Positions 1-11,206 of a DNA stretch of 39,462 nucleotides are shown one piece after another (the first letter of the stretch is position 1; each line of letters opens with the position of its first letter). Under the pieces are notes generated by a model. It worked only from the letters and a program-made list of their open reading frames with translations, searched no databases and was not told the DNA's origin. This stretch comes from Catajapyx aquilonaris (Eukaryota): NCBI GenBank assembly GCA_000934665.2, contig KZ538939.1, forward strand, positions 1 through 39,462, in the 5' to 3' direction. A program made the translations under genes and the position numbers.

Positions 1-32
<32 letters not shown>
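1..32. repeat. (CT)n microsatellite, truncated by window edge
   Basis: 16 perfect CT units at the window start. Confidence 0.95.
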
Positions 33-35
<3 letters not shown>

Positions 36-186
36 CTGACACGGATCTGCATTATTGTGGACTTACTACTAGGACATCTCTGTAGGGGAAACTAAAATAA
101 TATTCTGCTGGAGGCAGTGCGATATTCTCATGTCCCTACGTTTTTATGTCCATGGAAAACATATACAGTACTTGTATAATACTTAC

Positions 187-195
187 CTTTCATAT
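187..195 (-). other. Candidate 9-nt microexon (ATATGAAAG) of a minus-strand gene running off the left edge
   Basis: Minus strand reads tttctttttgttcatttttatag|ATATGAAAG|gtaagt: polypyrimidine tract, TAG acceptor and consensus donor. Confidence 0.5.
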
Positions 196-1008
196 CTATA
201 AAAATGAACAAAAAGAAATGTTCTGTAATGAAAGAGTCACTAATGACCTGTTTTCGATGAACTATGCATAGAAAATATTACAAGGTCCTTTTCGTCTCAA
301 AACCGGGCTCTGTGAAAAACTTCCCACTGTCATTATCATTACTATACACCAGTGCAGTGGGCAGTGGCGTGTCCTTCCCAAGAAGACCTATATTCCATCT
401 AGTCAAATGAGGTCCATGGCTTCTGGCCCTATCATTTTAATTTCTTTTTCTCACGCCCTGTCCCTGATATCTCTGGACGATTACAGATAGCTGAATTAGA
501 GTAAAAGCATGCACTTTTCTTACGTGACAGCTATGACGAAAAGGATCAAATATATTGAGTGCTTCTACTTTGACTCTTCTGTTCAATGAATCAATTAATG
601 TAATGACGGAGGGCAAGTATTCATATAAATAGATTAGGTTGGTTTCAAGATACGTCAGAAGATGGGAGGGGTGCATAGGCTTGTGCGCTAATATTGTAGA
701 AGGTCGTCGACGACGGCGCGGATCAATTCTGGAGGACGCATGGATATATAATGGTCGAGAGAGGGAGGGAGGTGGTAGAGGCATTCTGGCAGTGGGCCAA
801 AGAGGGTTGGGACGCCAATGACGCCTGCTGACACTCCGACAGAGGGCTCCGACGCCGACGCCGAAGACAGGCCTGGAACTATCAACAATGACTCCGACGA
901 TTAACCTCTCTTAGTCGACAACAAACACTCTGGAACCACTCCTGCTAAACGACTTCTGTCAATACTTAAAGGAAGACTGGCAGGTGGTAGTCAGTCCATG
1001 TTGCATAC

Positions 1009-1550
1009 CTGAGTGCCGGTTTGCATTGCCAAGTGCGAGTTATTTCAAAGAGTGGCGGGAATGGCGTCGGGAGCGTCGAGGCGTCGTCCTGAGAGGCTTC
1101 GCTGGGAAGTTGACGGCGTCGACCCCGTGACAGTCGTCATGGCGTGAGGTCCTCCCGAGGGTGGTCGCCTGGTGCGAGGGCCGTGACAGAAGGGTTCCAT
1201 TGAGGAAGACGGTGGAAGGATAAGCCCAAAGCAAGTTGAGGAGGATGCCAGGGCCCGCTGCCAACCTCCTCAGAGACCTTGACCTCGGGGCAGTGACGTC
1301 AGCTGGTTGGGAAGACCAAGAGGACACGGGAAGACGACCCAGACCAGGTGCGTCGTTCAAATGACGATTTTGTCGTCTTCCACGTTGGTGTTGTTGCCAT
1401 TTTTTGTGCTGTTCTTAGTGACCGTAGTCCTACTACTTTATGCCATATAGTCAAATTATAGTAGTGGTGATGGTGGGTGACGATGACCGCAGCGTTGTTG
1501 GAACTGTATCAGGGACTGGACACACAGCAGTGATTCAGTGACTGCTGCTG
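1009..1550 (-). other. GC/CpG-rich putative non-coding 5' exon or promoter region; upstream boundary approximate
   Basis: CpG-rich island ~640-1550 without a convincing ORF; good minus-strand donor cag|gtatgc at 1009/1008. Confidence 0.3.
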
Positions 1551-3876
1551 TAATTGAAATGTGCTGGTGTTTTAATATGGTTTCAGTTTTAAAACGATTA
1601 GTGTTTCATAGTTTTTGTCGTACTAAAAATTTTGCTAACCAACTACAATAAAAATATGTTGTCAGTGTGTTGTGGTTAGAATTGCCAGCATGTCTTGTTT
1701 TCTTGGAACACTGCCACTTGCACTTATGACAGAGATCCAAATAGGAACCGCCGAAAAGTGCCCGTTGTGGCTAAATGTATATACTCATTTAACACTATTA
1801 TGAAGCAGAGTGTTGTCCTTGTGACCCTGCTAAGCAAGTTTACATTGTTGTGGAAGCCTATTGATCACTAACTTATATCATACTACTATAGTAGACTATT
1901 GTTATACTAATACGCGACCACCAGAAGTATACTTTAACGTACGTTAATATATTACAGTTAACAGTATATTAATAACTCTCCTTGACTAATTTTGGACCGA
2001 AACTGTTTGAGGAACTTTGGAACAATTTTTACTAAACTTAGTTAGGAGGAATGTCTACATGGGGATAACGTCTCAACACTGTCATTTGGAAATCTGCCCC
2101 GACGAAAAACGTATTGAAAATTTAAACCCATAATTAAGGTTCACCACAAAAAATTGGTCATGTTTGTGGAAATACGGGCATGTAAGTTACGGGTTAGTGA
2201 ACTGAAATAGTATACGGATCTCTCGGACGCAGTAATAGGCTACCTTCTCTAGTTTTTTTTACAGTATACTATTTGCCTGCTCATAGTACAGTAGCTATAT
2301 TAAATAGTATATTATGCATTTGGGTTGCACTACTCATATGTGTATGTCGTAGAACTGCATTATAACTTCATGTTTGTCGTAATGTAATGTATAATATTTC
2401 CAGGCGTAACGTATCTTGTGACAATCATCTTTGTGTAGGCCCTACTATAAATGAGATCTTTCAAGTCCATAAACTACCCGCCATTTCAAATTTTAGACGT
2501 TCAGTGACGTCATATGACCCCAGATCACTAGTGGTTGACATTAGCGACCCAGAAACCCCTTAAAACCATATCTCACTTCAGTCACTTGCCACATTTCCGG
2601 TGGAAATTCGCTAATGCATCGTAATTCTGGGAAATGCCGTAACCTTGGGCGCCATATTGGTTTTAGGTCAACAAGGACTAAAAATCCAGAGTTCTAACCT
2701 CGAATTTCGAAATCAGCGGGGTCTTAGTCTAAAGAGGCTTGATTTAAACTTGCGGTTTCCAATTCTGCTTCCAACATGAACGATATGTTAGATTTGGGAC
2801 AGGTCTAATTTGGGCGCACATGCGCTCCTTCAATTACTACCTAAATATTTTTTTCTATGTTAAAGAAAGGGCATCAGCTACAACATATTTAAAAATCACA
2901 TTTTTAAACTTGTAGTAACATTTTTTTAATTAAAATATTTTTCAAAGTGGAAGAAAATTGTCAAAAAAGTCACAATTCATATGTTAATGATTTACGCATA
3001 TTGGTCTCTCGAATCCCTTTAAAACGAGTGGTCTAAGATGTCTGTAGCCCAATTGGTTCACGAGATATGAGCGATTTCTGAAACGCTATTTTCCAAAAAG
3101 GCACGAAAAGGCGCGAAATTTCGGGTGGGCGTATCTCCGGAACGAGGGTGCTAATCGCAAAACTGCTCAAATGGTATTCTCGTGGGACATAACTAAACCG
3201 ATGTGTCATGTGTAGGTTTTCGTCATGATCTGACAACCTAAGGGTTCGGAGGCTTGTTGAGTTGACATGGAATGATCCACATGGCATTATGCTCGTATAG
3301 TGAAACCGAAAGCGACCTAATAAATAGAAGTAATTTCGTCGTTGATATTCGGAAGGAACTTTAGTCAGTAAATTCACACCATATCCATCGCCCATACGGG
3401 GTGTTTTGTAATAATAATTAATGCAAACTTGTAGCATTGCATTCCCAGGCCATTGAGGATCATTTTTATGTGGATGTGTCATTTGATCTGCTCAGGCGCA
3501 ATACTGAGAAATTACATTTATTTTAAAAATTGCGGCGCAGTTCTTTTTGTTTCTTACACTGCGACTGCGAATTACCCGCAATGACAGCATAGATCACATT
3601 AACATTAGACAGTAACTGCCGTACAGTATTTTATATTGCAAAGTTGTGCGGAGAGATGCATATAAGATACCTGTGATGATACATTGCGACTTTTATCCCA
3701 TTATCACACCAAATGACACCTCTACATAAAATGATCTGGAAGGTTTATCATAATCATAATGCAAAACACTATGTATGAACCGAACCTTTTTGGTGGTACA
3801 AGACAAAGTTTAGCGTTTGCGTGAGCTCTGTTTATGGCACTTACTAATAACCTTATTTAAATTTTTTTCAGGAGGA

Positions 3877-4521
3877 ATGGCTCCTCCTCCGACAAATCAG
3901 GGGCTGCTAGCGCTTGTAGTAATGCTAATAGTACTGGGCTTCATCATTGCCTATTGCTGCTGGGGTGCCTGTTGCCGTCTTCTGGGCCGACGAGGAGGCC
4001 TAGACGCAACTTCGACCTTCCCAGACCCTCCTCCGCTCGGGTTCAGTCAACCCGCCATAGTTCTTTTGCCATACGGCCGCATGCTGATGGTAGACGGACA
4101 GCTTCTGGACCAGCTATCCGAAGCTGACCTCCTAGCGCTCCTGGATCCTGCAAACGCTCCTCTCAGGCCCGATGGAGATGGCCGTTGGACTCGACGGCCC
4201 TCTTTCGCTTCTTCTGCTGCTGCTTTGAGCAAAGAAGACTCCGAGTCATCCGTGGGTCGCCTGGTACCCCCACCCTCCTACCAGGCTCTGTTTGGTGGTC
4301 CTCCACCATCCTACGAAGAGAGCCTGGCTCTGAGAAGAATGGGTGGTACCACTCCTCAGCTGACTAGTCTGGCGACAACACAACCTGCTAGAACAGCTGT
4401 CTTGCTGCTGACTCCAGCAGCTCCTGGACCTGTCATTCAAGGGGACATGCCGGGGAATAGGGTATTAAGCGCTAGTGCACCGGATCTGTGTCCGCAGAAT
4501 CTTCACGAGAGTATAGTGTAA
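3877..4521 (+). CDS. Single-pass membrane protein (~214 aa) with juxtamembrane Cys cluster, two PPxY motifs and C-terminal PDZ-binding motif (commissureless/WBP1/VOPP1-like architecture)
   Basis: Acceptor tttttttcag at 3871, ATG at 3877 (an upstream coding exon is possible); TM LLALVVMLIVLGFIIAY then CCWGACCR; PPPSYQ and PPPSYEE; ends HESIV*. Confidence 0.8.
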   Translation: MAPPPTNQGLLALVVMLIVLGFIIAYCCWGACCRLLGRRGGLDATSTFPDPPPLGFSQPAIVLLPYGRMLMVDGQLLDQLSEADLLALLDPANAPLRPDGDGRWTRRPSFASSAAALSKEDSESSVGRLVPPPSYQALFGGPPPSYEESLALRRMGGTTPQLTSLATTQPARTAVLLLTPAAPGPVIQGDMPGNRVLSASAPDLCPQNLHESIV

Positions 4522-6246
4522 AGTGGGTGGGGGACCTTGCCGGCCCAATGCCTGCACTTCTCACTGAATGTTCAAGGAAACACGGTTTTTTCAGTTCCAA
4601 TTTATTGTTTCCCCTCAGGGAGTCTCCACTTGAGTTGTATGTGATGCCTACAAGAGTAGGGAGTTAATGTCCGGAGACGTTTTTTCACTTCAAGGTTGTC
4701 CTATAAGCTGTGCAAAAATGGGGGTGCCGAGTAATTTAACAGGGTTGTTGCTGGGTATTGGATAATATGCAGGGTGTAGATTTCTGAATTTGTCTGAATT
4801 TTTGGAATCTAGATTACTTGGCATCCTTAAATGTATACCAATGACATATTCTGAATGGACACCAATCCGTGATAGTCTTAGAAAGTATCTATTTTACTGC
4901 ACAAGAAACGTCCATAAGTATCATCCGTGATGCCCTTTTATGTGCCAGTATTTATCAAATGTTTGCCTAAACGAACAAACCAAATCTTCCAGGGACAGCC
5001 TCATTTTGTGCACAACCAGTATAGTAACTATCCTATAGTACTGAGATGCCATGATGATGCAATAGTTTTTTTATGGAGGCAAATATGTCAGCTAAAATTC
5101 ACACGAAGTACGCGATTATCTGGTATGTAGGGCAGAGTCATTTTCATTCACGGTTTGAATTGTCACATCACGAATATTATCGCCGACTTTTGTAACAATG
5201 ACTGTAAGTCACTCTGTTGTTCTCATGCCCTTCTGTCATTTTTTATGTCACGCGCAGAGCACGCGCTCATTATAGCATCGCCTATATACACCACATGTCA
5301 CGTACGTTTGGCTCGAAGTGACGTCAGGCTAGAAACCAATAGATATTTTCAGAACGGATTTTATTTCCCTGTTGAGACGAGGCCATTTCCACATGTTACT
5401 TGCGCTCTAGTGGCACAAGAATTTGATTATGGGAATAGCGACCTGTGGTCTGAACCAAATATGATTTAGTTTTGCTCAAAGAAGTCTACGATGAAGCCTC
5501 ATGGCTCCACGAAGAAGATAATGGATGTTGAGTACAAACGAAACAGCGGGGATAAACGACAGAAATGTAGCCGACTTAGACATAATGATACGTACAGTCG
5601 AGAAAAGTACATGTAGAGCATAACTGATAGTCTAGGCACTAATTATGTTAGTATATTAGAACCAGCTGTATATGGAGGCTGAATACAAGCCATCCTATTC
5701 CCTCAACGCAATTTTACGTGCCTTTTATAATGAGGCGTCCATGCAGCCAGCCAGCCAGCCAGCCAGCCAGTCATTCAATAACGAGGGGGACTTGTTCATG
5801 ATTTCTGCCTTGAACCTTTTCTTCTCCCATTATTAAACACCTATTGCCCCATTCGCCCTGGGAGCTTGAATGCAACACAAGACATTGCTAAGTGCCTGCT
5901 GCTGCTGCTCTCCTCTGCTGATGCCCACTGGTCAAGTGGCCATCGTGCCTCTTGTGCGTACGTTCCTCTTCCTTTACTCTCATGTGATCCACACGCACAA
6001 CAAAGGAACTTGTCAGCAGCCTCCTACTGTCCCCCTCTCTCACCCACCTTTTCGGTTGCCGCCTATAATAATAATAATGATACCAAAGTGCTGTCAAACG
6101 GAACCATGCTAGGAAGATATGCAACGAACTCTTGTTTCATTCTTTATTGTTCCATGCTGATTGTTGTTGGGCCTGTCAGGCCCTTCTCCGAGGACAATTA
6201 AAATTTCCCATATCTACGAAGCTTAGTGTTGTTATTATTGAAATCC

Positions 6247-6598
6247 TTAAGCAAAAAATGACGTGTGCTGAGAGTCTGGGCGCGACTCGTACACAACCCA
6301 GAGGACTTTTCTAGGGGTTTCCGGACACACAGAATGCTTCGTTGTCTTGTGGTGTGTGTGTTGAAAGGACTGGTAAGTCTGGTCCCTCCCTCCTAGTGTG
6401 TCCAAATCGAGTCCCAGATTGAGCAATGAGGAATCTTCGCCTCCCAGTCCATCCAGCAATCCTCCTTGACCCACCTGTCATTACAAAAAAAATAATAGTT
6501 CAGTGACCACCATTCGAATCGAGTTGACTGATGGTAATAATATTATTTACCTGTATGCAGGCCAGGGAAGCAAAGAGCACGAGCGAAATCCAGGCCAT
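6247..6598 (-). CDS. Small secreted protein A, 91 aa, two exons (6598-6551, 6474-6247)
   Basis: MAWISLVLFASLACIQ|VGQG signal peptide; 76-bp phase-0 intron gtaaat...gacag; mature part GLLDGLGGEDSSLLNLGLDLD...HTSFFA*; minus-strand AATAAA at 6148-6143. Confidence 0.75.
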
Positions 6599-6910
6599 TC
6601 CTTCCTCCTATAGAGATGCACCCAATATGTGTAATGAGCTGTCACTCGTGCGTACTCTATTAATGCATGGTACTATTTCGACACGAAACTAGTAGGTGCC
6701 TTATCTACCACTGAGCTGACAATGTCGAAATAGATACGCCCCCATTGGGTCACAATGTTTGCACAAGAGTTCATCCCCATAAGGCAGGGAATGTGATGTG
6801 GAAGCTTGGAACTTGCAATGTCAGCACATTCCTGTCCTTTGCTTAGAACCTGTGCTGCTGTCGGCTTAATAAACCGTGCTCCTGTTGCTGCTTCTTGACA
6901 AGATCACACT
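6599..6910. promoter_or_regulatory. Putative compact bidirectional promoter between secreted proteins A and B
   Basis: 312 bp between divergent ATGs; AT-rich TATA-like ttaataaa (~6866-6873, +) and attaatag (~6664-6657, -) followed by an Inr-like tcatt. Confidence 0.45.
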
Positions 6911-7254
6911 ATGAAGCTGCTGACCATGGCTCTAGTGCTTCTCTGGATGTTGGTCCTTAGTGTTCAGGTAAGCAGTTTTTCTTCCAGTTGGGAACTATTG
7001 TTCTGAGAGTTGCGTTGCAGGGGATGTCTTTGGGAGGTGAACGGGAGAAGAGGCAGTTCGGAGGTCTACCTCTAGATGGGTTGGCTTCTGCTGCTGGAGG
7101 AGGGGGTGGTTTCCAGCACCAGCTTCAGCGCTTGTTGGCCACTCATTTTGACATCATCATGCTGGGATCTGCTCAGAAGAAACCAGGTGCAGACAAAGGT
7201 GTTGGTGACAATCAGGACGGGTCGCTTCCCTTACCTCCGGGAATACCATTTTGA
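6911..7254 (+). CDS. Small secreted prepropeptide B, 96 aa, two exons (6911-6967, 7021-7254)
   Basis: MKLLTMALVLLWMLVLSVQ|G signal peptide; 53-bp phase-0 intron gtaagc...ttgcag; propeptide ends in REKR followed by QFGGLPLDGL...PPGIPF*; AATAAA at 7310 and 7330. Confidence 0.82.
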
Positions 7255-8347
7255 TGTGCCAAAAAGTTGCCGCATAATATGTAATCGCATCCCATACCCG
7301 GACTTATGCAATAAATCATGTTATACGCCAATAAAAAAGTTGTGCGATCGTAATGTGGAATCATCCTTAATGACATATAGGGTGATAAAAAATGTAGGCT
7401 AGACAGAAAATTTCAAAATAATAATAATTGCAATATGCGTCGTCAGCTCTTGGCGTCGTAGACCATGACGGAGGATGGACAAACAGTGATAATCTGGAAT
7501 GGGCATATATGACTGTTTCATGCTGAACAAGGAAACGTCAAATCCTGTGCTGAAAGTGACCAAGTCGTGCTCCGCCAGTGCCAGGCATATCCGCACGTGT
7601 CAATGCAGGTTGTTGATGCTCCATATCATGCTGGTGCGCCTCTTACGTCAGCATACCCTTGTCACTTTGTGGCCGGTTATACTGCACGGTGCACCGTATC
7701 TTTGTTTGTGAGAGGTTTTCTTTCAAAGTTTCAACTGTAGAGGGTTTGTTACAGAAGACTCGGCGTTTCTTAAAAGGGCGACAACTCCAGAAACAAAATC
7801 AGGAATGAGATCGTAGTGCCTTGCCAAAGATATTGGAAATAACCTTGTTTTTAAAAACTCATAAAATTTCTTGGAATTACAGTAGCTAAACCATTGCGTG
7901 TAACATTTTTTTTCATTTTAATTGTGTCGCTTTTCTGTACCATACCATATATATTATGAACCGACAGTGAATCGATAGTGCAGTAAGTTCGCAAAAAATA
8001 AACTCCTCGCAACATGACTGTGTAGAATTATGTAGCCTACTGTATTACAACCGGGGCAATTATGTTTAGCAATCTGTGGTCTTAAGAAGTAGTATACAGC
8101 AGCGATGCCACGCAGACACACGCATAGGAAATGAAGGCCATTATCATCATCACCAGCAGCATCAGCATCAGCATCGCCCGCACGATCTACAGCCGCATAT
8201 TTGGTAAAACAACTAAAGGAAACAGGGAAAAAAGAATGCATTTTCTTTCTTATGTTGTATTCAAGAGCTGCAGTAGAACAGATTTAGTCAGCCACATCAA
8301 TAATTCCAGGCATAGTCATCATCATTATCGGATTCAGGCATTCTTAA

Positions 8348-9100
8348 CCCTTAACTAGTGTTATGGGGTCTTTTTTGACCCTAAGCTTACGAGAATTAAC
8401 CGTGTCAAGTAACTAATTATTAATCAAAAGCCAAATGCTATGTGTATTCCTCAAACACATCTTTGCCAAAGAGTTAATTTTTTTAATTGAGAGAAAAAAT
8501 TCAAGGCTCTCAAAAAGCAGATTCAATGAAGGTGGGGTGCATCAGCTGTACAATAGAGTACTATGGTGCTCAAATGGTTTTGGCCACTTTATCCTGGTCT
8601 TGAATCAACCCTTCACACACACACCTGCTCAACGTGAGGCATGTGCGAAGGGTTGCTTCTAGACCAGGATGAAGTGGCCAAAACAATTTGAGCTCCATAG
8701 TACATTTTTTAGGTGGGCCTAAGATACCTATACTTTTATCTACACTTTCGAAAATATTAATTGTAGATAATTTTATGTAGAAGTCATATGCTCATCATTT
8801 GCGACGTTCTACATAGAAAGCATATTTGGAAGTTCTTAGTGTTGTAGGTTGCTGCTGTGCTATCTATAATTATCGGATAATTTTACACATTCCAGTGTAT
8901 TGCAGTTTTTAATACTCAATCACTTTTCATATAAGTCTGTTTCATTATTTACACATTAAAAATCATGTTAGCTTCATTTACATGTCATTAAAAAGTTATC
9001 ACATGAATTGGAGATTAAATATAATTAAATTACCACCTGGGGTCAAAAAAGACCCCCTGACACTAGTTACGTTGCTCAGATCCATGACACTACTTGAAGG
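8348..9100. mobile_element. piggyBac-like non-autonomous element (MITE) flanked by TTAA
   Basis: TTAA at 8344-8347 and 9101-9104; left end cccttaactagtgttatggggtcttttttgaccc; right end has an internal inverted copy (9040-9069) plus terminal atgacactacttgaagg, the asymmetric end layout typical of piggyBac. Confidence 0.8.
8561..8700. mobile_element. Small TA-flanked MITE nested in the piggyBac-like element
   Basis: ~40-bp TIRs ctatggtgctcaaatggttttggccacttt / gaagtggccaaaacaatttgagctccatag, with TA on both sides. Confidence 0.75.
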
Positions 9101-10336
9101 TTAAAAACGCTGCAGAAGGTGCTCGAGGTGGTAGGGTCTTGACCCTCCTAGGTTTTGGAGTTGTTGGTTTTGGAGTCGTTGGTTCTGGTGTCGTTGGTTC
9201 TGGAGTAGTTGGTTCTGGAGTAGTTGGTTCTGGAGTAGTTGGTTCTGGAGTCGTTGGTTCTGGAGTCGTTGGTTCTGGAGTCGTTGGTTCTGGAGTCGTT
9301 GGTTCTGGAGTCGTTGGTTCTGGAGTCGTAGGTTCTGGAGTCGTTGGTTCTGGAGTCGTAGGTTCTGGAGTCGTTGGTTCTGGAGTCGTTGGTTCTGGTG
9401 TCGTTGGTTCTGGTGTCGTTGGTTCTGGTGTCGTTGGTTCTGGAGTCGTTGGTTCTGGAGTCGTTGGTTCTGGAGTCGTTGGTTCTGGAGTAGTTGGTTC
9501 TGGAGTCGTAGGTTCTGGTGTTGTTGGTTCTGGGGAAGTAGGAGGTCCCAACGGGCGAGGATGTTTTCTGCTGCTGTACCAACATCCTTCCGTCTGAAAG
9601 AGTAAATTCAGGAGTATTATATGAACATACTGCGTGTAAGTACCGGACAATATAATATTATGATAGTCTATGGTAGCCTATATACAGTATATTGGACAGT
9701 TGTATACATAATTTTTGCAATTTAGACTAATATTGTTGATCAATCTCTGACAAAGGGAGTACATTTTTACCCCTCCCCCTATTTTGTAATAATAGCTAAT
9801 TTAAGGGGGGGCAACAAAACTCATAGTGCCGTCAAAGTTAAATCAATGCATCTCAATATAATTATTTTGAAAATGGGTACGTCCTCAACTCATACAATAA
9901 TCTAGTGACCGCTACTGTGACGACCTTCCTCACACTATAGGCGACGGTAAGACTCGGCCCCGCCTTTCTCATTGTAATACCTCTTTGTGTACCGTACCTT
10001 TACTTTATAGTTGCTATTTTTGCCTGTTATTTTTCTACTTGCATTGCATTGGTTATTTTAAAAATGATGGGATCATAAAATGCACTTCCAGCCATTTACG
10101 TATGGCAATGTTTTCTGTTTATATACTACTAGACCATGTTACAAGTCATAAAGAAGCCCAATTTGGAGTATTGAAATGCATTAATCTACAATACGTATTT
10201 TGATATTACCATGAAATTTAAAGATAATAATTATAATAAAGGACATAATAATATATGGAGAGACACTTACCCGTGGCACAAATACGACTGCAATCAATAC
10301 GAGGATGAACCCCAGAAAGAAGTTGAACTGCTTCAT
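9090..10336 (-). CDS. Secreted mucin-like PEPTT-repeat protein, 189 aa, two exons (10336-10271, 9593-9090)
   Basis: MKQFNFFLGFILVLIAVVFVPR|TEG signal peptide; phase-0 intron gtaagt...ctttcag; ~24 PEPTT plus PKPTT repeats; variation between units is almost all at third codon positions of this frame. Confidence 0.85.
9151..9540. repeat. 15-bp coding minisatellite, ~26 units (ggttctggagtcgtt)
   Basis: Direct inspection; period 15. Confidence 0.95.
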
Positions 10337-11206
10337 GTCTGCCTCCTGTGTTGGTGCATCACACCTTGAAACCTACCTATTTATTCACTTACCAGCACCC
10401 TTACTTCACGCATTGGTACAATATTTGCTTACTAAATATGACTCTTTCAAAACAATGATATCAAGAGAAGGGAATGTCAAATCAGAACATTGATTTTTAT
10501 TTCATCACTGACCATTGCAGACGTGTAGGCTACGCGGTAGGACGTAAACGTATTACGAAAGAGGTTATTACCTCTTCCTATTACATTCACCCGCAAAACG
10601 CCACAGATGGTTGCAACTGTACTGGTTAGTTCACTGTGCTATATCATCACATCCTTACTGTTAAGTCTGAAACCAGCACGACGACTTTTTGCCTTGTTTC
10701 CGTAGAGCCTATAAAAAGCAATCGAACTGCTATAGTTAATGAGCTTTTCCTTGCAGATCTTATCCACGGAAGTTTGTATTCGGAAGTATGTATGATATAA
10801 TTACGAGTATGATGACTATAAAGTGTCAATTAGGGTAGGAAAAACTTTATATTATCTCTACTTTTTTTGTGCTTTTGACTTTTCGTTTACCTTCTATCAC
10901 AGCGAACTTGCTTACACCCAAATTAAGTATTCTAAGTGTCCAAAGCACTTATAAAAATCGTCACTTTGCTACCGAAAAAACGAATCTGTCTCCCTGAAAA
11001 TAAATAATTGAAAAGAACTTTAATGACAATCACTAAAGAACGGGCAATTAAGTTCCATGGCATTGTGTTACTGGTAACGTACATAAAATGTTAGAAATAA
11101 ACAACAAATGGTTAAGTCATCCGATGATACGGTGGAATTTTGGTGCTCAAGAAATACCGTGTAGTACTTTGACGGCAGTGGTGGAGCGGGGGGGGAGGGG
11201 GGGGGG

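Noticed and set aside
437..1360. Several overlapping ORFs in the GC-rich island
   Set aside because: No recognisable domains or consistent frame; better explained as UTR or promoter sequence
2440..3482. 149-aa ORF and transposon-like sequence
   Set aside because: Looks like decayed non-autonomous DNA transposon; I could not define termini or protein similarity
5866..6201. ORF with signal-like CLLLLLSSADA
   Set aside because: No in-frame ATG; the Leu run comes from a CTG repeat; overlaps the likely 3' UTR of gene A
8131..8358. MKAIIIITSS ORF as a fourth secreted gene
   Set aside because: Hydrophobicity derives from CAT/CAG microsatellite; no convincing second exon
9094..9597. (GVVGS)n and (RTNDS)n ORFs; CRISPR-like appearance
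   Set aside because: Antisense and shifted shadows of the PEPTT exon; no spacers; eukaryotic context
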